The notes under the pieces: generated by a model | Told to the model about the DNA's origin: nothing | The model's input: the letters and a program-made list of their open reading frames with translations, nothing else | The model's database searches: none | Translations under genes and position numbers: made by a program | Source of the DNA: a virus | Reading direction: 5' to 3' (one strand) | IMG/VR virus record: IMGVR_UViG_3300036852_000741 | Span: 32,001 to 96,000 of that record | Length of the DNA: 64,000 nucleotides | Shown here: piece by piece, positions 46,263 through 56,345 of the stretch | Layout: every line of letters begins with the position of its first letter | Position numbering within the stretch: position 1 is the first letter of the stretch

Positions 46263-49200
46263 GTGGCCACCTTCGTAGATCGCTCGAACGGCGGCCAGGT
46301 CGGGCGCGATGGGTTCCGGCTGGGCTACGAGCTTCTGGGCATCGACCGGCTGGGCCCGTACGACACGTTCACGGGCAACGTCTCGGGCGGGCTCAAGCAC
46401 CTGCTGGTCGGCAAGTCGGGTGGCGCCTACCCGGGCTACTGGGCCCTGAGCGGCGGGCTGTTCGGGACGTTCGGGTCGCCGCTCGTCGGCGGGGTCGTCG
46501 CTGGCGGCGACAAGCACTCGGCGATCACGAAGCCCGGCGGAGCGAGTGCCAGCGGACAGGCCGGCGGGACGCGCACGGTGCTGCGCTCCGCCTCCGGCGG
46601 CGGGACCGGGCCAGCGTCGGGCGGTGGCACCAAGGCGCCGCTGGCGACTAAGGCCGGAGGTGGCAAGGCCAGTCCGAACCTGCTGCGCAACGGTGATTTC
46701 GAGGTGGACGTGGCGGGGTGGGCGGTCTACCTATCGGGCACGATCACGTTTGTCCGGGCGACGGACTGGGCCGACACGGGCGCTGCCTCCATGCGGGTGA
46801 CCGCCGCGGCGGCTGGCAACTTCATCACGAGCGATCGGGGCACGGCCGGGATGCCGGTGATCGCCGGGACGAGCTACACGCTGGCAGCCACTCGCAACGT
46901 GCTCGACCCGACGACGGTCATCTACGTCCAGTGGTTCAACTCGGCGGGCACGTACCTCACCCAGAACTCGGTGCTCTCCTCGACGCTGACGGGGGCCTTT
47001 CGTCAGCAGGCGCAGGTCACTGCCCCGGCGAATGCGGCGTTTTGTGCGCTCGTTCCCGGCGGTGAGGCCAGCGCGTTCGATTTCTACCTAGACACGATTC
47101 GCTTTGGGCTGGCGGGCGCGGCGCCTGGTGGCGTCAGGACCATCTTGGTCACCAAGGGCGGCGGAGCGACGGCGGCGGGCGCTTCGGGTGCCGTCAAGCA
47201 TCCCGCCATCTCGAAGGCGAGCGGGGCGGCGGGCGGCTGCATCGGTGGAGGCGCACGCTCGACGCTGGGCTCCAAGAGCGGCGGTGGGGTGATCCCGCTG
47301 GGCGGGGCGCTCATCAACCTGCTCACCAACCCGAGCCTGGAGACCAACACCACCGCCTGGGCCATCAACCCGGGTGGGGTGGGCGGTAGCGCCACCCTGA
47401 CCCGGATCACGACCGACTCGGTGGTTGGTGCGGCTGCGGCCCAGCAGGCGGGCACGTCTGGCAGCAGCTACGGCATCTACTTCTACGAGGCCGCCGGCAC
47501 AGAGCCCTTTGTGTCCCCCGGCCAGTCGATTGCGGTGCGGGCCTCCGTGAAGATGGTGGGCGCGGCGTTCACGAACCTGCTTCGTGTCGGGGTGCGCTTC
47601 TACAACACGGCGGGCGCCTACCTCTCGGAGAACACGGTCGGTTCCGTTAGCAACCCGGTGGCCGATACGTGGTACGCGCTGAGCGGCAGCATGGTCGTGC
47701 CGGCGGGGGCGTACCGGGCGTCGATCCAGGTCAACACGAACTCGCTGGGGCTGGGCACCTCGTTCACCCTGGTCTACGACGCGCTGCTGATGGTCATGGG
47801 CGCCACGGTACCCGCCTACTTCGACGGGGACTCGGCGCTGGCGGGCTGGACGGGCACGGCGCACGCGTCCACCTCGAAGCTCACGGTGATTCCGGGAATC
47901 GGCCGGTCGATCCTGGTCACCAAGCCCGGTGGTGCGGCGGCGGGCGGGAGCGGCGGTGGCACTCGAACGGAGCCGGTCTCCAGGGCGGGCGGGGGAAGCG
48001 CCCGGGGGGCGGCCGGTGGCGACAAGGACATTCTGGTTACGAAGGCCGGGGGCGCGACTGCGGTCGGCACTCCTGGTGGAATCAAGCACCCGGCCGTTGC
48101 CAAGAGCGGCGGCGCGCAGGGCGCGGCGAGTGGCGGTGGCGTCAAGCATCCGGCGGTGACCAAGCCGGCGGGCGCCGCGGGCGGTGGGACCGCGGCGGGT
48201 ACGCGCACCGTCCTGGTGACCAAGCCGGGCGGCGCCTCGGGTCGCGGTATCGCCAGCGGCGACAAGGATGTCCTGACCGCCAAGGCGGGCGGTGCGAGCG
48301 CGACGGGCACCCCCGGTGGCGTCAAGCATCCGGTCGTCCTCAAGGCCGAGGGGGCGCCCGCCGCCGGTGTGGGGGGCGGCATCAAGCACGTTCTGTTGCC
48401 CTATGCGTCCGGGGGCGCGATCGCGACCGGCAGCGCTGGCGGCACGAAGAAGCCGCTGGTCACCAAGCCGGCCGGCGCGGCGGGCGCGGCAAGCGGTGGG
48501 GGGGCCAAGACGGCGCTGGCCACCCGGTCGGGCGGCGGGGTCTCGCAAGCCGGGCCGGGCCCAACGGACCTGCTGCGCAACGGGTCGCTTGAGCAGGGCA
48601 ACACCGGCTGGACGATCAACGGGGTCGCCACGGTCACCCGCATCTCGGGCGCTGCCTACGACGGGGCGTGGCTGCTTTCTGTGGCCGCCCCCGGCTATGT
48701 GGATGGCGGGGCGTTCATCCCGTTTCACCAGGTTGCGCCGGGCGATGTGCTGAGCCTGTCGGTGTTTGTGCGCGGCGAGGTGGGCGGCGAACGGGTCCAC
48801 ATCCGTGCGCGCGAGGGGCTGCTCAATGGTGGATTCCTGCGCGAGAACACGGGCTCGCACTTCACGCTGACGACTGGCTGGACGCGGGTGAGCATGGTCA
48901 CCCCGGCGATGGGTGCGAGCACTGCTCTGCTGACCCTCAAGATCGTCAACTCGGACACCTTCGCGGCCACGTTCTATGTCGATGCGGGCCAGGAGACCCA
49001 GGGGGCTGACCTCAAGGCATACGTCAGTGATCCGGGCGCTGGCACTAAGACCGTCCTGGTCGGCAAGTCGGGCGGCGCCGTGGCCAGCGGTGTCGGGGGC
49101 GGCGTCAGGCACGTGCTGTTGCCCTACGAGGCCGGGGGGGCGCAGGGCACCGCGAGCGGTGGCGCCGTCAAGCACCCCGCGGTCTCCAAGGCCAACGGCG

Positions 49201-52200
49201 CGAGCGCGGCGGCCTCTGCGAACGGAACGCGCAAGAGCTTGGCTACCAAGCCGGGCGGCGGCCAGGGCGTGGGCGTTGGTGGCGGCACTCGCACGGTGCT
49301 GCTCACCAAGCGGGCGTCGCCGTTGACGTTCATCAGTGCGGAGGCCGATCCGCAGCCGCGGGGAAGCGGCGTCGGCGCTGGGGCTGTCGCCGCGTACTGG
49401 AGTGCTGTTGAGGATTCGGCCTCGCCGTCGGGCTGGGCCCTGGTCGCCGCGGACGTACCGGCGGCGGTGAACAACGACCCCTACCACCAGCCCTCCGATA
49501 GCCCCGGCGCGCTCGTCATGTACTTCGGCGTGCAGGCCGGGGATACCGTGACGCTCAGCGTCTGGATGCGCATGAACGCTGCGGCGATGGCGCAGGCGGC
49601 CAACGTCGGCAACGGCCGCGGGGTGGCCCAGGTCTGGTGGCACACCTCCAGCGGCTATTTCGTCAACAGCCTGCCGCGGCCTGCGACGGCGGACACATGG
49701 GAGCGTGTGCGCGCCACCTATGCGGTGCCGGCCAACGCCGACGCCTTCTTCCTGCGCTTCTACGGGTCCAGCGACCGGGCTGGCGGCGAGGTCCGCTGGG
49801 CGGGCATCCAGCTTGCGCGCAGCGCAACGGTGATGGCCCCCAACGAGGGGGCCGGCGGCGGCACTCGCACCATCTTGGCGACGAAGGCTGGCGGCGCGCT
49901 GGGGACGGCCAACCCGGGCGGCGTCAAGCACGTTCTGTTGCCCTACAAGGCCAATGGGGCGCAGGGAGCCACTGTCGGGGGGGGCGTCAAGCATCCGGCG
50001 ATCACCAGGTTGGCGGGTGCCAACGCCGGTGCAGTCGGCGGCGGCACGCGCACCGACTTGGCGACCAAGCCGGGCGGCGGGCAAGCCGCTGGTGTCGGTG
50101 GCGGCACGCGGTCGGTGCTGGTCTCGAAGGCCGGCGGCGTCAGCGGCGTGGCGGGCCACGGTGGCGTCAAGCACCCAGCGGTGAGCAAGGGCGCGGGCGC
50201 CAGCGGCTCCAGCGCGGGCGGCGCGGTCAAGCACCCGGCGGTCGGTAAGTCCTCCGGCGCGATCATGGTGTCGAGTGCCGTCGGTACGCGCACCACCCTG
50301 GTCTCCAAGCCGGCCGGGGGGGCTGCGGCGGCCACTGCCGGCGGGTCCAAGACGGCCCTGGTGACCAAGCCCGGCGGCGCGGCGGCTGCCGGCTCGGTGC
50401 TGGGTACACGCACCGTTCTTGTCACCAAGGCGGCGGGCGCCACGGCGGCGGGCGGGCATGGTGGCGTCAAGCACGTCGCGCTCGGCAAGGCCAGCGGGGC
50501 GTCGGGTGTCACGAGCGCAGCGGGTACTCGCACGATCCTGGTCACCAAGTCGGCGGGCGCCAGCGCGCTGGCCTCTGCGGGCGGGGCTCGCACCGAGCCG
50601 GTCGGCCGGGCGGGCGGCGGCCAGGGCGTGGCGGTTACGGGGGGTACGCGCACCGCGCTGGTGACCAAAGCTGGCGGCGTTGTGGGCACCGCGGCTCCTG
50701 GCGCTGTCAAGCACCCGGCGGTCCGCAAGGACGCGGCGGTGGCGCTCGCGGCGACGGCGGCCGGCGGTATCAAGCACCCGGCTGTCGGCAAGGCTGGCGG
50801 CGCGCAGGCGATGGCGGTGGCCGGCGCCGTCAAGCACCCGGCGATCACGAAGTCCGCCGGGGCGGTGGCATCGGCGTCTGCGGCCGGCCCCCGCACCCTC
50901 CTGGTCGGCAAGCCCGGCGGCGGCCAGGCGTCGGGGGCCGGAGCGGGCACCCGGACTCTGCTGGTCTCTCGGTCCGGCGGCGGCCTTGGGGTGGCCAGTG
51001 CTGCTGGCACTCGCACGGCGCTGGTCACCAAGCCCGGCGGCGGTACTCAGGCCGGGGCTGGCGGCGGAGCACGGACTGACCTGGCCAGCAAGCCGGGCGG
51101 TGCCATCGCCGTTGGCACCTCCGGCGGCGTCAAACGCCCCGCGGTCTTCAAGGCCAACGGCGCGACGGCCGCAGCGAGCGGCAGCGGGGTGCGCAGCGTT
51201 CTGCTGCCCATCCGCACGGGAGGAGGCGCTGCGGGCGCCAGCGCTACTGGTACACGCACGAGCCTGGTCGCCAAGTCGGCGGGCGCGCTGACGACTGGGC
51301 TGGCCGGCGCAACGCGTACGGCCCTGATCGCTCGCTCGGGTGGTGGCCAGGCGGTCGAGCAGGCCGGTGCGATCAGAACGCTTTTGCTCGCGAAAGCCGG
51401 AGGCGCCGTTGCCTTCGGAGCGCCGGGCGCCGTCAAACATCCGGCGGTCGCGAAGTCCAATGGTGCGACGACGAGTGCGAGCGCCGGTGGCATCAAGCAT
51501 CCGGCTGTCACCAGGGCCGCCGGTGCCGTGGCGGGCGCGTCGAGCTTTGGTGCGCGCACCGTCCTGGTCACCAAGTCGGCCGGGGGCACCGGGGGCGCAA
51601 GCGGCGGAGGCACACGTACCCAGCCGGTCTCCAGGGCTGGCGGTGGCATCGCAACCGGTAGCGCAGGCGGTGTTCGCAGCGCGCTGGTGACCAAGCCCTC
51701 GGGGGCAGTTGGTGTCGCGGCGCCTGGGGGAATCAAGCACCCCGCCGTCGCCAAGGCCGGCGGTGCGGCGGGTGTGGCTCTCGCTGGGGGGGTCGGGCAC
51801 CCGGCCGTTGCGAAATCGGCTGGCGGGACAGGGGTCGCGTCGGGGGCGGGCACTCGCACCGCTCTGGTCACCAAGTCGGCGGGCGCCGCCGCTGGCCTGG
51901 CTGGTGGCGGCACACGCACCGAGCCGGTTTCTAAGCCGGGCGGCGGGTTTGCGCTTGCTGTCCCTGGTGGCGTCCGCACCGTGCTTGTCACGAAGGTCGG
52001 CGGGGCAAGCGCTGCCGCTGGGCCGGGGGCCGACAAGCACCCGGTGGCAATCAAGGCCAACGGGGCGCTGGCGTCGCTTGTTGGTGGCGGGGGGAAGCAC
52101 CCAGCGGCTTCCAGGTCCGGTGGCGCGGCCACTACGACGACTGCCGGGGGTGACAAGCATCTAGCGGCCACCAAGCCGGCCGGGGCGCTGGCATCGGGAG

Positions 52201-55200
52201 CGGGCGGCGGCACGCGCACGGTCTTGATCGCGGAGGCAGGAGGGGGCGCTTCCACCGCCGTTGCCGGCGGCGTTCACACATTGCTGGGCATCAAGACTGG
52301 GGGCGGCCAGGCGACGGCAGCGCCGGGCGCCGACAAGCACCCGGCTATCACGAAGCCGGCGGGGGCAAGTGCTGGTAGTCAGGCGGGGGGCACTCGCACG
52401 GCGCTGGTCACCAAGCCCGGCGGTGCCAGTGCGGTGGGTGACGCCGCCGGGAACAAGTATCTGCTGGTCACCAAGGACGGCGGTGCCATCGCCGTTGGCG
52501 CCCCCGGCGGCGTCAAGGTGCAGTCGGGCGGCGCCGCCATAGCAGCCGCCGCGGGCGGCACCTGGGCGATTCTGCTCGGTCGTTCGGGCGGCGGCGTGGT
52601 GGCGCTCGGCGGGCAGCCGATCAACCTGCTCATCAACCCGAGCGCCGAGACGGACACCGTGGGATGGACGCGCTCTCCGGGCGGCGCGGGCGGTAGCTCC
52701 ACGCTGACCCGGATCACGACCGACAGTGTGGTGGGCACCGCCGCCTTTGAGCAGGCGGGCACCTCCGGCAGCCAGTGGGGCATCTACCTCTACAGTGCCT
52801 ACAGCGACGTGGCACCCGGTCAGCGGGTCGCGGTGCGCGGCTGGGTCAAGGTGCCGTCCGCGGTCACGGGGCTCAACTCGCTGACCATCGGGGTTCGCTA
52901 CAGCAACGCCGCTGGCGGATACCTCACCGAGACCACCCTCCAGGCGCGCAGCAACCCGGCCGTCGACACGTGGTACGAGCTAACGGGCACGATGGTCGCG
53001 CCGGCCAACGCGCGCCAGGTTGCCGTCCAGTTCGTCACGAACGCTCTGCCCCTGGGAACCGCGTTCGCGCTGCGTTACGACGCGGCGCTCATGGCGCTGA
53101 CCGAGGCCCTGCCGGCGTATTTCGACGGCGACACGGCGGGCGCAGCATGGCTTGGCACCCCGCACGCCTCGGCGTCGCGGTCAACGACGGTTCTCGGGAT
53201 CGGCCGGTCGGTCCTGGTCACCAAGCTGGGCGGCGCGAGCGGGACTGCGAATGTCGGGGGTACGCGCACCGAGCCGGTTGCCAGGACGGGCGGCGGCAGT
53301 GCCAGCGGGGTTGCCACTGGCGACAAGAGCGCCCTGGTCATCAAGGCCGGCGGGGGCCTCGTCGGCTACTACGCGGTGCCTTCCGGGCTTCTGCTTGACC
53401 TAGCGGGCAGTGTGGTGGTGGGGGGGATGGTTGCGGGTGGCCGCAGGGCCGCGATTAGCACTCGGCTGGCCGGTGCGGTGGGCTCGGGGGCCGGCGGCGC
53501 AGTGCGTACCGTTTTGGTCGGCAAGGCGGGTGGGGCCGTTGCGTCCGGTACGAGTGCCGGCTCCCGGACCGCCCTCGCCACCAGGTCGGGCGGCGGGCGG
53601 GCGGTCGCAGCGCCTGGGGGCGCCAAGTACCTCGCGGTGGTCAAGGCGCAGTCGCCGCTGAGCTATATCAGCGCGGTCTCTGACCCGCAGCCGCGTACGA
53701 GTGGCGCCGGGTCGGGAGTGGTCGCCCCGTACTGGAGCGCCGTGCCGGACTCCTCGTCGCCGTCGGGGTGGGCACTGGTGGCTGCCGATGTGCCCTCTGC
53801 GGTGAGTTCTGATCCCTACCGCCAGCCGCTTGACGGCAACGGCGTCGTGACGATGTTCTTCGGCGTTCAGCCGGGCGATACGGTGACGCTCGCGGTCTGG
53901 ATGCGCCTGAACGCCGCGGCTTTTGCCCAGCCGGTCGGGCCCGGCAACGGGCGCGGCGTGGCCCAGGTGTGGTGGCATGTCCCCAGCGGCTACGTCAGGA
54001 ACCACCTACCGCGGCCGGCGCTGGTGGATACGTGGGAGCGCGTGTGGGCGACCTACACGGTGCCGACGGACGCGGACGCGTTCTTCATTCGCTTCTACGG
54101 GTCCGGCGACCAGCCGGGCGGCGAGGTCCGTTGGGCTGGCATCCAGTTGGCGCGCACGGCGGTGGCGGCCCCGAGCCCGAATGAGGGTACGGGCGGCGGG
54201 GTGCGCACGGTGCTGGCCGCCAAGGCGGGCGGCGCACTCGCAGCGGGCGTGACGGACGGCACGCGCAGCGCGCTCGTCACGAAGGGCGCAGGAGGCGTTG
54301 CCGCGGGCGTGGGGGCGGGAGACAGAACCGAGCCCCTGTCGAAGGCCGGCGGCGGCGTGACGGCGGCGGCGGCCGGTGGCGTCAGGCGAGCGGAGGCCCT
54401 CAAGGCTGGGGGCGCGACCGCGGGCGCGGTGTTGGGCGCCAGCACGAGCGTTTTGCTCTCCCAGGCGGGCGGCTCCGCGGCCGTGGCTTCGGCGTTCGGG
54501 TCGCGCACCGCACTGGCCTCCAAGGGCGCCGGTGGCCTAGCTGTCGCGGCGAGTGGAGGGGTGCGCGTTGTCCCGGCGGTCAAGCTGGGCGGTGCCGCGG
54601 CGTCGGGCGTTGGCGGAGGCACGGCGACTCGGGATAGTAGGCGCACGGGGGGTGCGCAGGCTGCGGGCGAGGGTGGCGGAAGCCTCACTCTGCGCGTTGG
54701 TACCTCGGGCGGGGCGAGTGCCGTTGGCATCTCGGGCGGCGATAAGCACGTCGCCTGGCGCCGCGGTCAGCATGAGGTGTCCCGGCCGGTAGCGCGGGCC
54801 GGGGGCATCAAGACGCTCGTGCGCACGGCGGTGGGCGGCGCTGCCGTTAGTGCCAGGGCCGCCGGCCAGCGCACGGGGACGGTCGACAAGGCCGGCGGCG
54901 GAGCGACCGGCCACCTGGCATGGCAGTTGCTCATCTTCGGCCAGACGTACACGGGCGGTGCCCAGGCCGGCGGCGTCAAGCGTCCGATCGTGACCCGGAC
55001 GGCAGGCGCGGTGGCGGCGGGCGCCGGCTCCGGCGGGCGCCGGGTCCAGGTCACCAAGCTCGGGCTGGGTGGCTCGATGTACCCGACCTTCGGTGGCGGC
55101 GTCCGCACGCTGCTGGTGACCAAGGATGGTGGTGGCCGGACCTCCGGTCAGGGCGGCGGGTCTCGCATGGTCCCGGGCGCCAAGGACGGCGGCGGGGCGT

Positions 55201-56180
55201 TGGGTGCGAGTGCCGGCGGTCAGCGCGTCGCTGTCTTCTCGCTGCGGGGCGGCGGCGCCGTGCTGGCGCAGGGGGCGGGCAGCGCATTCCGTGTTCTGGT
55301 GCGCAACGGAGGCGCGGCGGTCACTGCCGTCGCGGTTGGCATCAGGAGTACGGCGATCAGCAAGGCCGCTGGCAGCCTGGGGGCGGCGACGGCTCTGGGC
55401 GTCCGCACAACGGTCGTCCTCAAGGCGGCTGGTGCGATGGCCGGCGCGCGGGCGGGTGGCGCTCGTCTTGGTGTGCTTGTCCGCACCGGCGGGGCGCGGG
55501 CCGTGGCCAGCGGCGCCGGTGACCGCACGGTCGGCGCGCTCAAGACGGGCGGCGCCAGCGTGCGGGCGCAGGCGCATGGAGTGCGCTACCTGTTGCGCGT
55601 CGCCGTCGGCGGGGCCCTGAACGCGCTGGCCACCAGCGGGGTCCGCTCGGTGGTCGTTGCCCGCTCGGGCGGCGCCACGCTGAGCCTGACCACCACGACG
55701 ACGCGCGAGGGGCTGGTCACGCTTGGCGGCGGCGCGCGAGCGAGTGCGGTGGCCGGCGGCGCGAGGGGGGAACAGCGCCTGGCCGGTGGCGCGCGTACCA
55801 GCGCGACAGTCGGCGGGCGGCTCACCCTGCTCATCGTCCGCCCTGGCGGTGGCGCTTTCGGCGGACGCGGCGGCGAGGTCACGGCCCTGCTCGCCCTGCT
55901 CGCTGGGCTCGTCCAGCCCTACCGGGTGCGGTTTGTTGGTGACCGCACGAGCGTGACCGTAGAGCCGACCGCCACCGTTGTCCTGCTCGTGTCCGTGCGC
56001 GCCTATGCTGTCCTCGAACTGCCGATGGATGCGCGCCCGATGCGTGAGGAGTACGCGGCCACCGTCGAGCCTGGCGGCACTCTGCGCGTCGAGGACGGGG
56101 ACGCCGACGCGGACGTGCAGGACGCCACGACGGTCGTTGTGGGCGCTGCCCGCGGAAGGTCGCTGGAGGAGTACGGCTAG
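46263..56180 (+). CDS. Giant 3305-aa fibre: about 20-aa Gly/Ala repeats with six inserted CBM-like domains
   Basis: Repeat GGxKHPAVxKxGGAxAxGxx; NLLRNGDFE, NLLTNPSLE, DLLRNGSLE, NLLINPSAE galactose-binding-like domain starts; duplicated SPL..IS..DPQPR domain. Confidence 0.85.
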   Translation: MATFVDRSNGGQVGRDGFRLGYELLGIDRLGPYDTFTGNVSGGLKHLLVGKSGGAYPGYWALSGGLFGTFGSPLVGGVVAGGDKHSAITKPGGASASGQAGGTRTVLRSASGGGTGPASGGGTKAPLATKAGGGKASPNLLRNGDFEVDVAGWAVYLSGTITFVRATDWADTGAASMRVTAAAAGNFITSDRGTAGMPVIAGTSYTLAATRNVLDPTTVIYVQWFNSAGTYLTQNSVLSSTLTGAFRQQAQVTAPANAAFCALVPGGEASAFDFYLDTIRFGLAGAAPGGVRTILVTKGGGATAAGASGAVKHPAISKASGAAGGCIGGGARSTLGSKSGGGVIPLGGALINLLTNPSLETNTTAWAINPGGVGGSATLTRITTDSVVGAAAAQQAGTSGSSYGIYFYEAAGTEPFVSPGQSIAVRASVKMVGAAFTNLLRVGVRFYNTAGAYLSENTVGSVSNPVADTWYALSGSMVVPAGAYRASIQVNTNSLGLGTSFTLVYDALLMVMGATVPAYFDGDSALAGWTGTAHASTSKLTVIPGIGRSILVTKPGGAAAGGSGGGTRTEPVSRAGGGSARGAAGGDKDILVTKAGGATAVGTPGGIKHPAVAKSGGAQGAASGGGVKHPAVTKPAGAAGGGTAAGTRTVLVTKPGGASGRGIASGDKDVLTAKAGGASATGTPGGVKHPVVLKAEGAPAAGVGGGIKHVLLPYASGGAIATGSAGGTKKPLVTKPAGAAGAASGGGAKTALATRSGGGVSQAGPGPTDLLRNGSLEQGNTGWTINGVATVTRISGAAYDGAWLLSVAAPGYVDGGAFIPFHQVAPGDVLSLSVFVRGEVGGERVHIRAREGLLNGGFLRENTGSHFTLTTGWTRVSMVTPAMGASTALLTLKIVNSDTFAATFYVDAGQETQGADLKAYVSDPGAGTKTVLVGKSGGAVASGVGGGVRHVLLPYEAGGAQGTASGGAVKHPAVSKANGASAAASANGTRKSLATKPGGGQGVGVGGGTRTVLLTKRASPLTFISAEADPQPRGSGVGAGAVAAYWSAVEDSASPSGWALVAADVPAAVNNDPYHQPSDSPGALVMYFGVQAGDTVTLSVWMRMNAAAMAQAANVGNGRGVAQVWWHTSSGYFVNSLPRPATADTWERVRATYAVPANADAFFLRFYGSSDRAGGEVRWAGIQLARSATVMAPNEGAGGGTRTILATKAGGALGTANPGGVKHVLLPYKANGAQGATVGGGVKHPAITRLAGANAGAVGGGTRTDLATKPGGGQAAGVGGGTRSVLVSKAGGVSGVAGHGGVKHPAVSKGAGASGSSAGGAVKHPAVGKSSGAIMVSSAVGTRTTLVSKPAGGAAAATAGGSKTALVTKPGGAAAAGSVLGTRTVLVTKAAGATAAGGHGGVKHVALGKASGASGVTSAAGTRTILVTKSAGASALASAGGARTEPVGRAGGGQGVAVTGGTRTALVTKAGGVVGTAAPGAVKHPAVRKDAAVALAATAAGGIKHPAVGKAGGAQAMAVAGAVKHPAITKSAGAVASASAAGPRTLLVGKPGGGQASGAGAGTRTLLVSRSGGGLGVASAAGTRTALVTKPGGGTQAGAGGGARTDLASKPGGAIAVGTSGGVKRPAVFKANGATAAASGSGVRSVLLPIRTGGGAAGASATGTRTSLVAKSAGALTTGLAGATRTALIARSGGGQAVEQAGAIRTLLLAKAGGAVAFGAPGAVKHPAVAKSNGATTSASAGGIKHPAVTRAAGAVAGASSFGARTVLVTKSAGGTGGASGGGTRTQPVSRAGGGIATGSAGGVRSALVTKPSGAVGVAAPGGIKHPAVAKAGGAAGVALAGGVGHPAVAKSAGGTGVASGAGTRTALVTKSAGAAAGLAGGGTRTEPVSKPGGGFALAVPGGVRTVLVTKVGGASAAAGPGADKHPVAIKANGALASLVGGGGKHPAASRSGGAATTTTAGGDKHLAATKPAGALASGAGGGTRTVLIAEAGGGASTAVAGGVHTLLGIKTGGGQATAAPGADKHPAITKPAGASAGSQAGGTRTALVTKPGGASAVGDAAGNKYLLVTKDGGAIAVGAPGGVKVQSGGAAIAAAAGGTWAILLGRSGGGVVALGGQPINLLINPSAETDTVGWTRSPGGAGGSSTLTRITTDSVVGTAAFEQAGTSGSQWGIYLYSAYSDVAPGQRVAVRGWVKVPSAVTGLNSLTIGVRYSNAAGGYLTETTLQARSNPAVDTWYELTGTMVAPANARQVAVQFVTNALPLGTAFALRYDAALMALTEALPAYFDGDTAGAAWLGTPHASASRSTTVLGIGRSVLVTKLGGASGTANVGGTRTEPVARTGGGSASGVATGDKSALVIKAGGGLVGYYAVPSGLLLDLAGSVVVGGMVAGGRRAAISTRLAGAVGSGAGGAVRTVLVGKAGGAVASGTSAGSRTALATRSGGGRAVAAPGGAKYLAVVKAQSPLSYISAVSDPQPRTSGAGSGVVAPYWSAVPDSSSPSGWALVAADVPSAVSSDPYRQPLDGNGVVTMFFGVQPGDTVTLAVWMRLNAAAFAQPVGPGNGRGVAQVWWHVPSGYVRNHLPRPALVDTWERVWATYTVPTDADAFFIRFYGSGDQPGGEVRWAGIQLARTAVAAPSPNEGTGGGVRTVLAAKAGGALAAGVTDGTRSALVTKGAGGVAAGVGAGDRTEPLSKAGGGVTAAAAGGVRRAEALKAGGATAGAVLGASTSVLLSQAGGSAAVASAFGSRTALASKGAGGLAVAASGGVRVVPAVKLGGAAASGVGGGTATRDSRRTGGAQAAGEGGGSLTLRVGTSGGASAVGISGGDKHVAWRRGQHEVSRPVARAGGIKTLVRTAVGGAAVSARAAGQRTGTVDKAGGGATGHLAWQLLIFGQTYTGGAQAGGVKRPIVTRTAGAVAAGAGSGGRRVQVTKLGLGGSMYPTFGGGVRTLLVTKDGGGRTSGQGGGSRMVPGAKDGGGALGASAGGQRVAVFSLRGGGAVLAQGAGSAFRVLVRNGGAAVTAVAVGIRSTAISKAAGSLGAATALGVRTTVVLKAAGAMAGARAGGARLGVLVRTGGARAVASGAGDRTVGALKTGGASVRAQAHGVRYLLRVAVGGALNALATSGVRSVVVARSGGATLSLTTTTTREGLVTLGGGARASAVAGGARGEQRLAGGARTSATVGGRLTLLIVRPGGGAFGGRGGEVTALLALLAGLVQPYRVRFVGDRTSVTVEPTATVVLLVSVRAYAVLELPMDARPMREEYAATVEPGGTLRVEDGDADADVQDATTVVVGAARGRSLEEYG

Positions 56181-56345
56181 CGTCAGATTGCGAGGCGAAC
56201 GTGCCCGTGGACTGGGGCACAATGGGGTGGCCCCCCGAGAGCGAGGACCTCGGTGAAATCCGCGTCGTCCCGGAATCCATTGTCCTACGTCATGGCGGTC
56301 CCATGTGAGGACAGCCCGCGGGCGCGCAAGCTGGACGGCTAGCTC

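Noticed and set aside
47088-52160. 1690-aa minus-strand ORF and other long antisense/alternative-frame ORFs
   Set aside because: Shadows of GC-rich + strand genes; Arg/Pro/Ala-rich with no motifs, RBS or coupling.
46263-56180. Tape measure protein or diversity-generating retroelement target
   Set aside because: Beta/Gly-rich repeats with CBM-like inserts, not helical TMP repeats. Duplicated domains differ at all base types and no reverse transcriptase is present.
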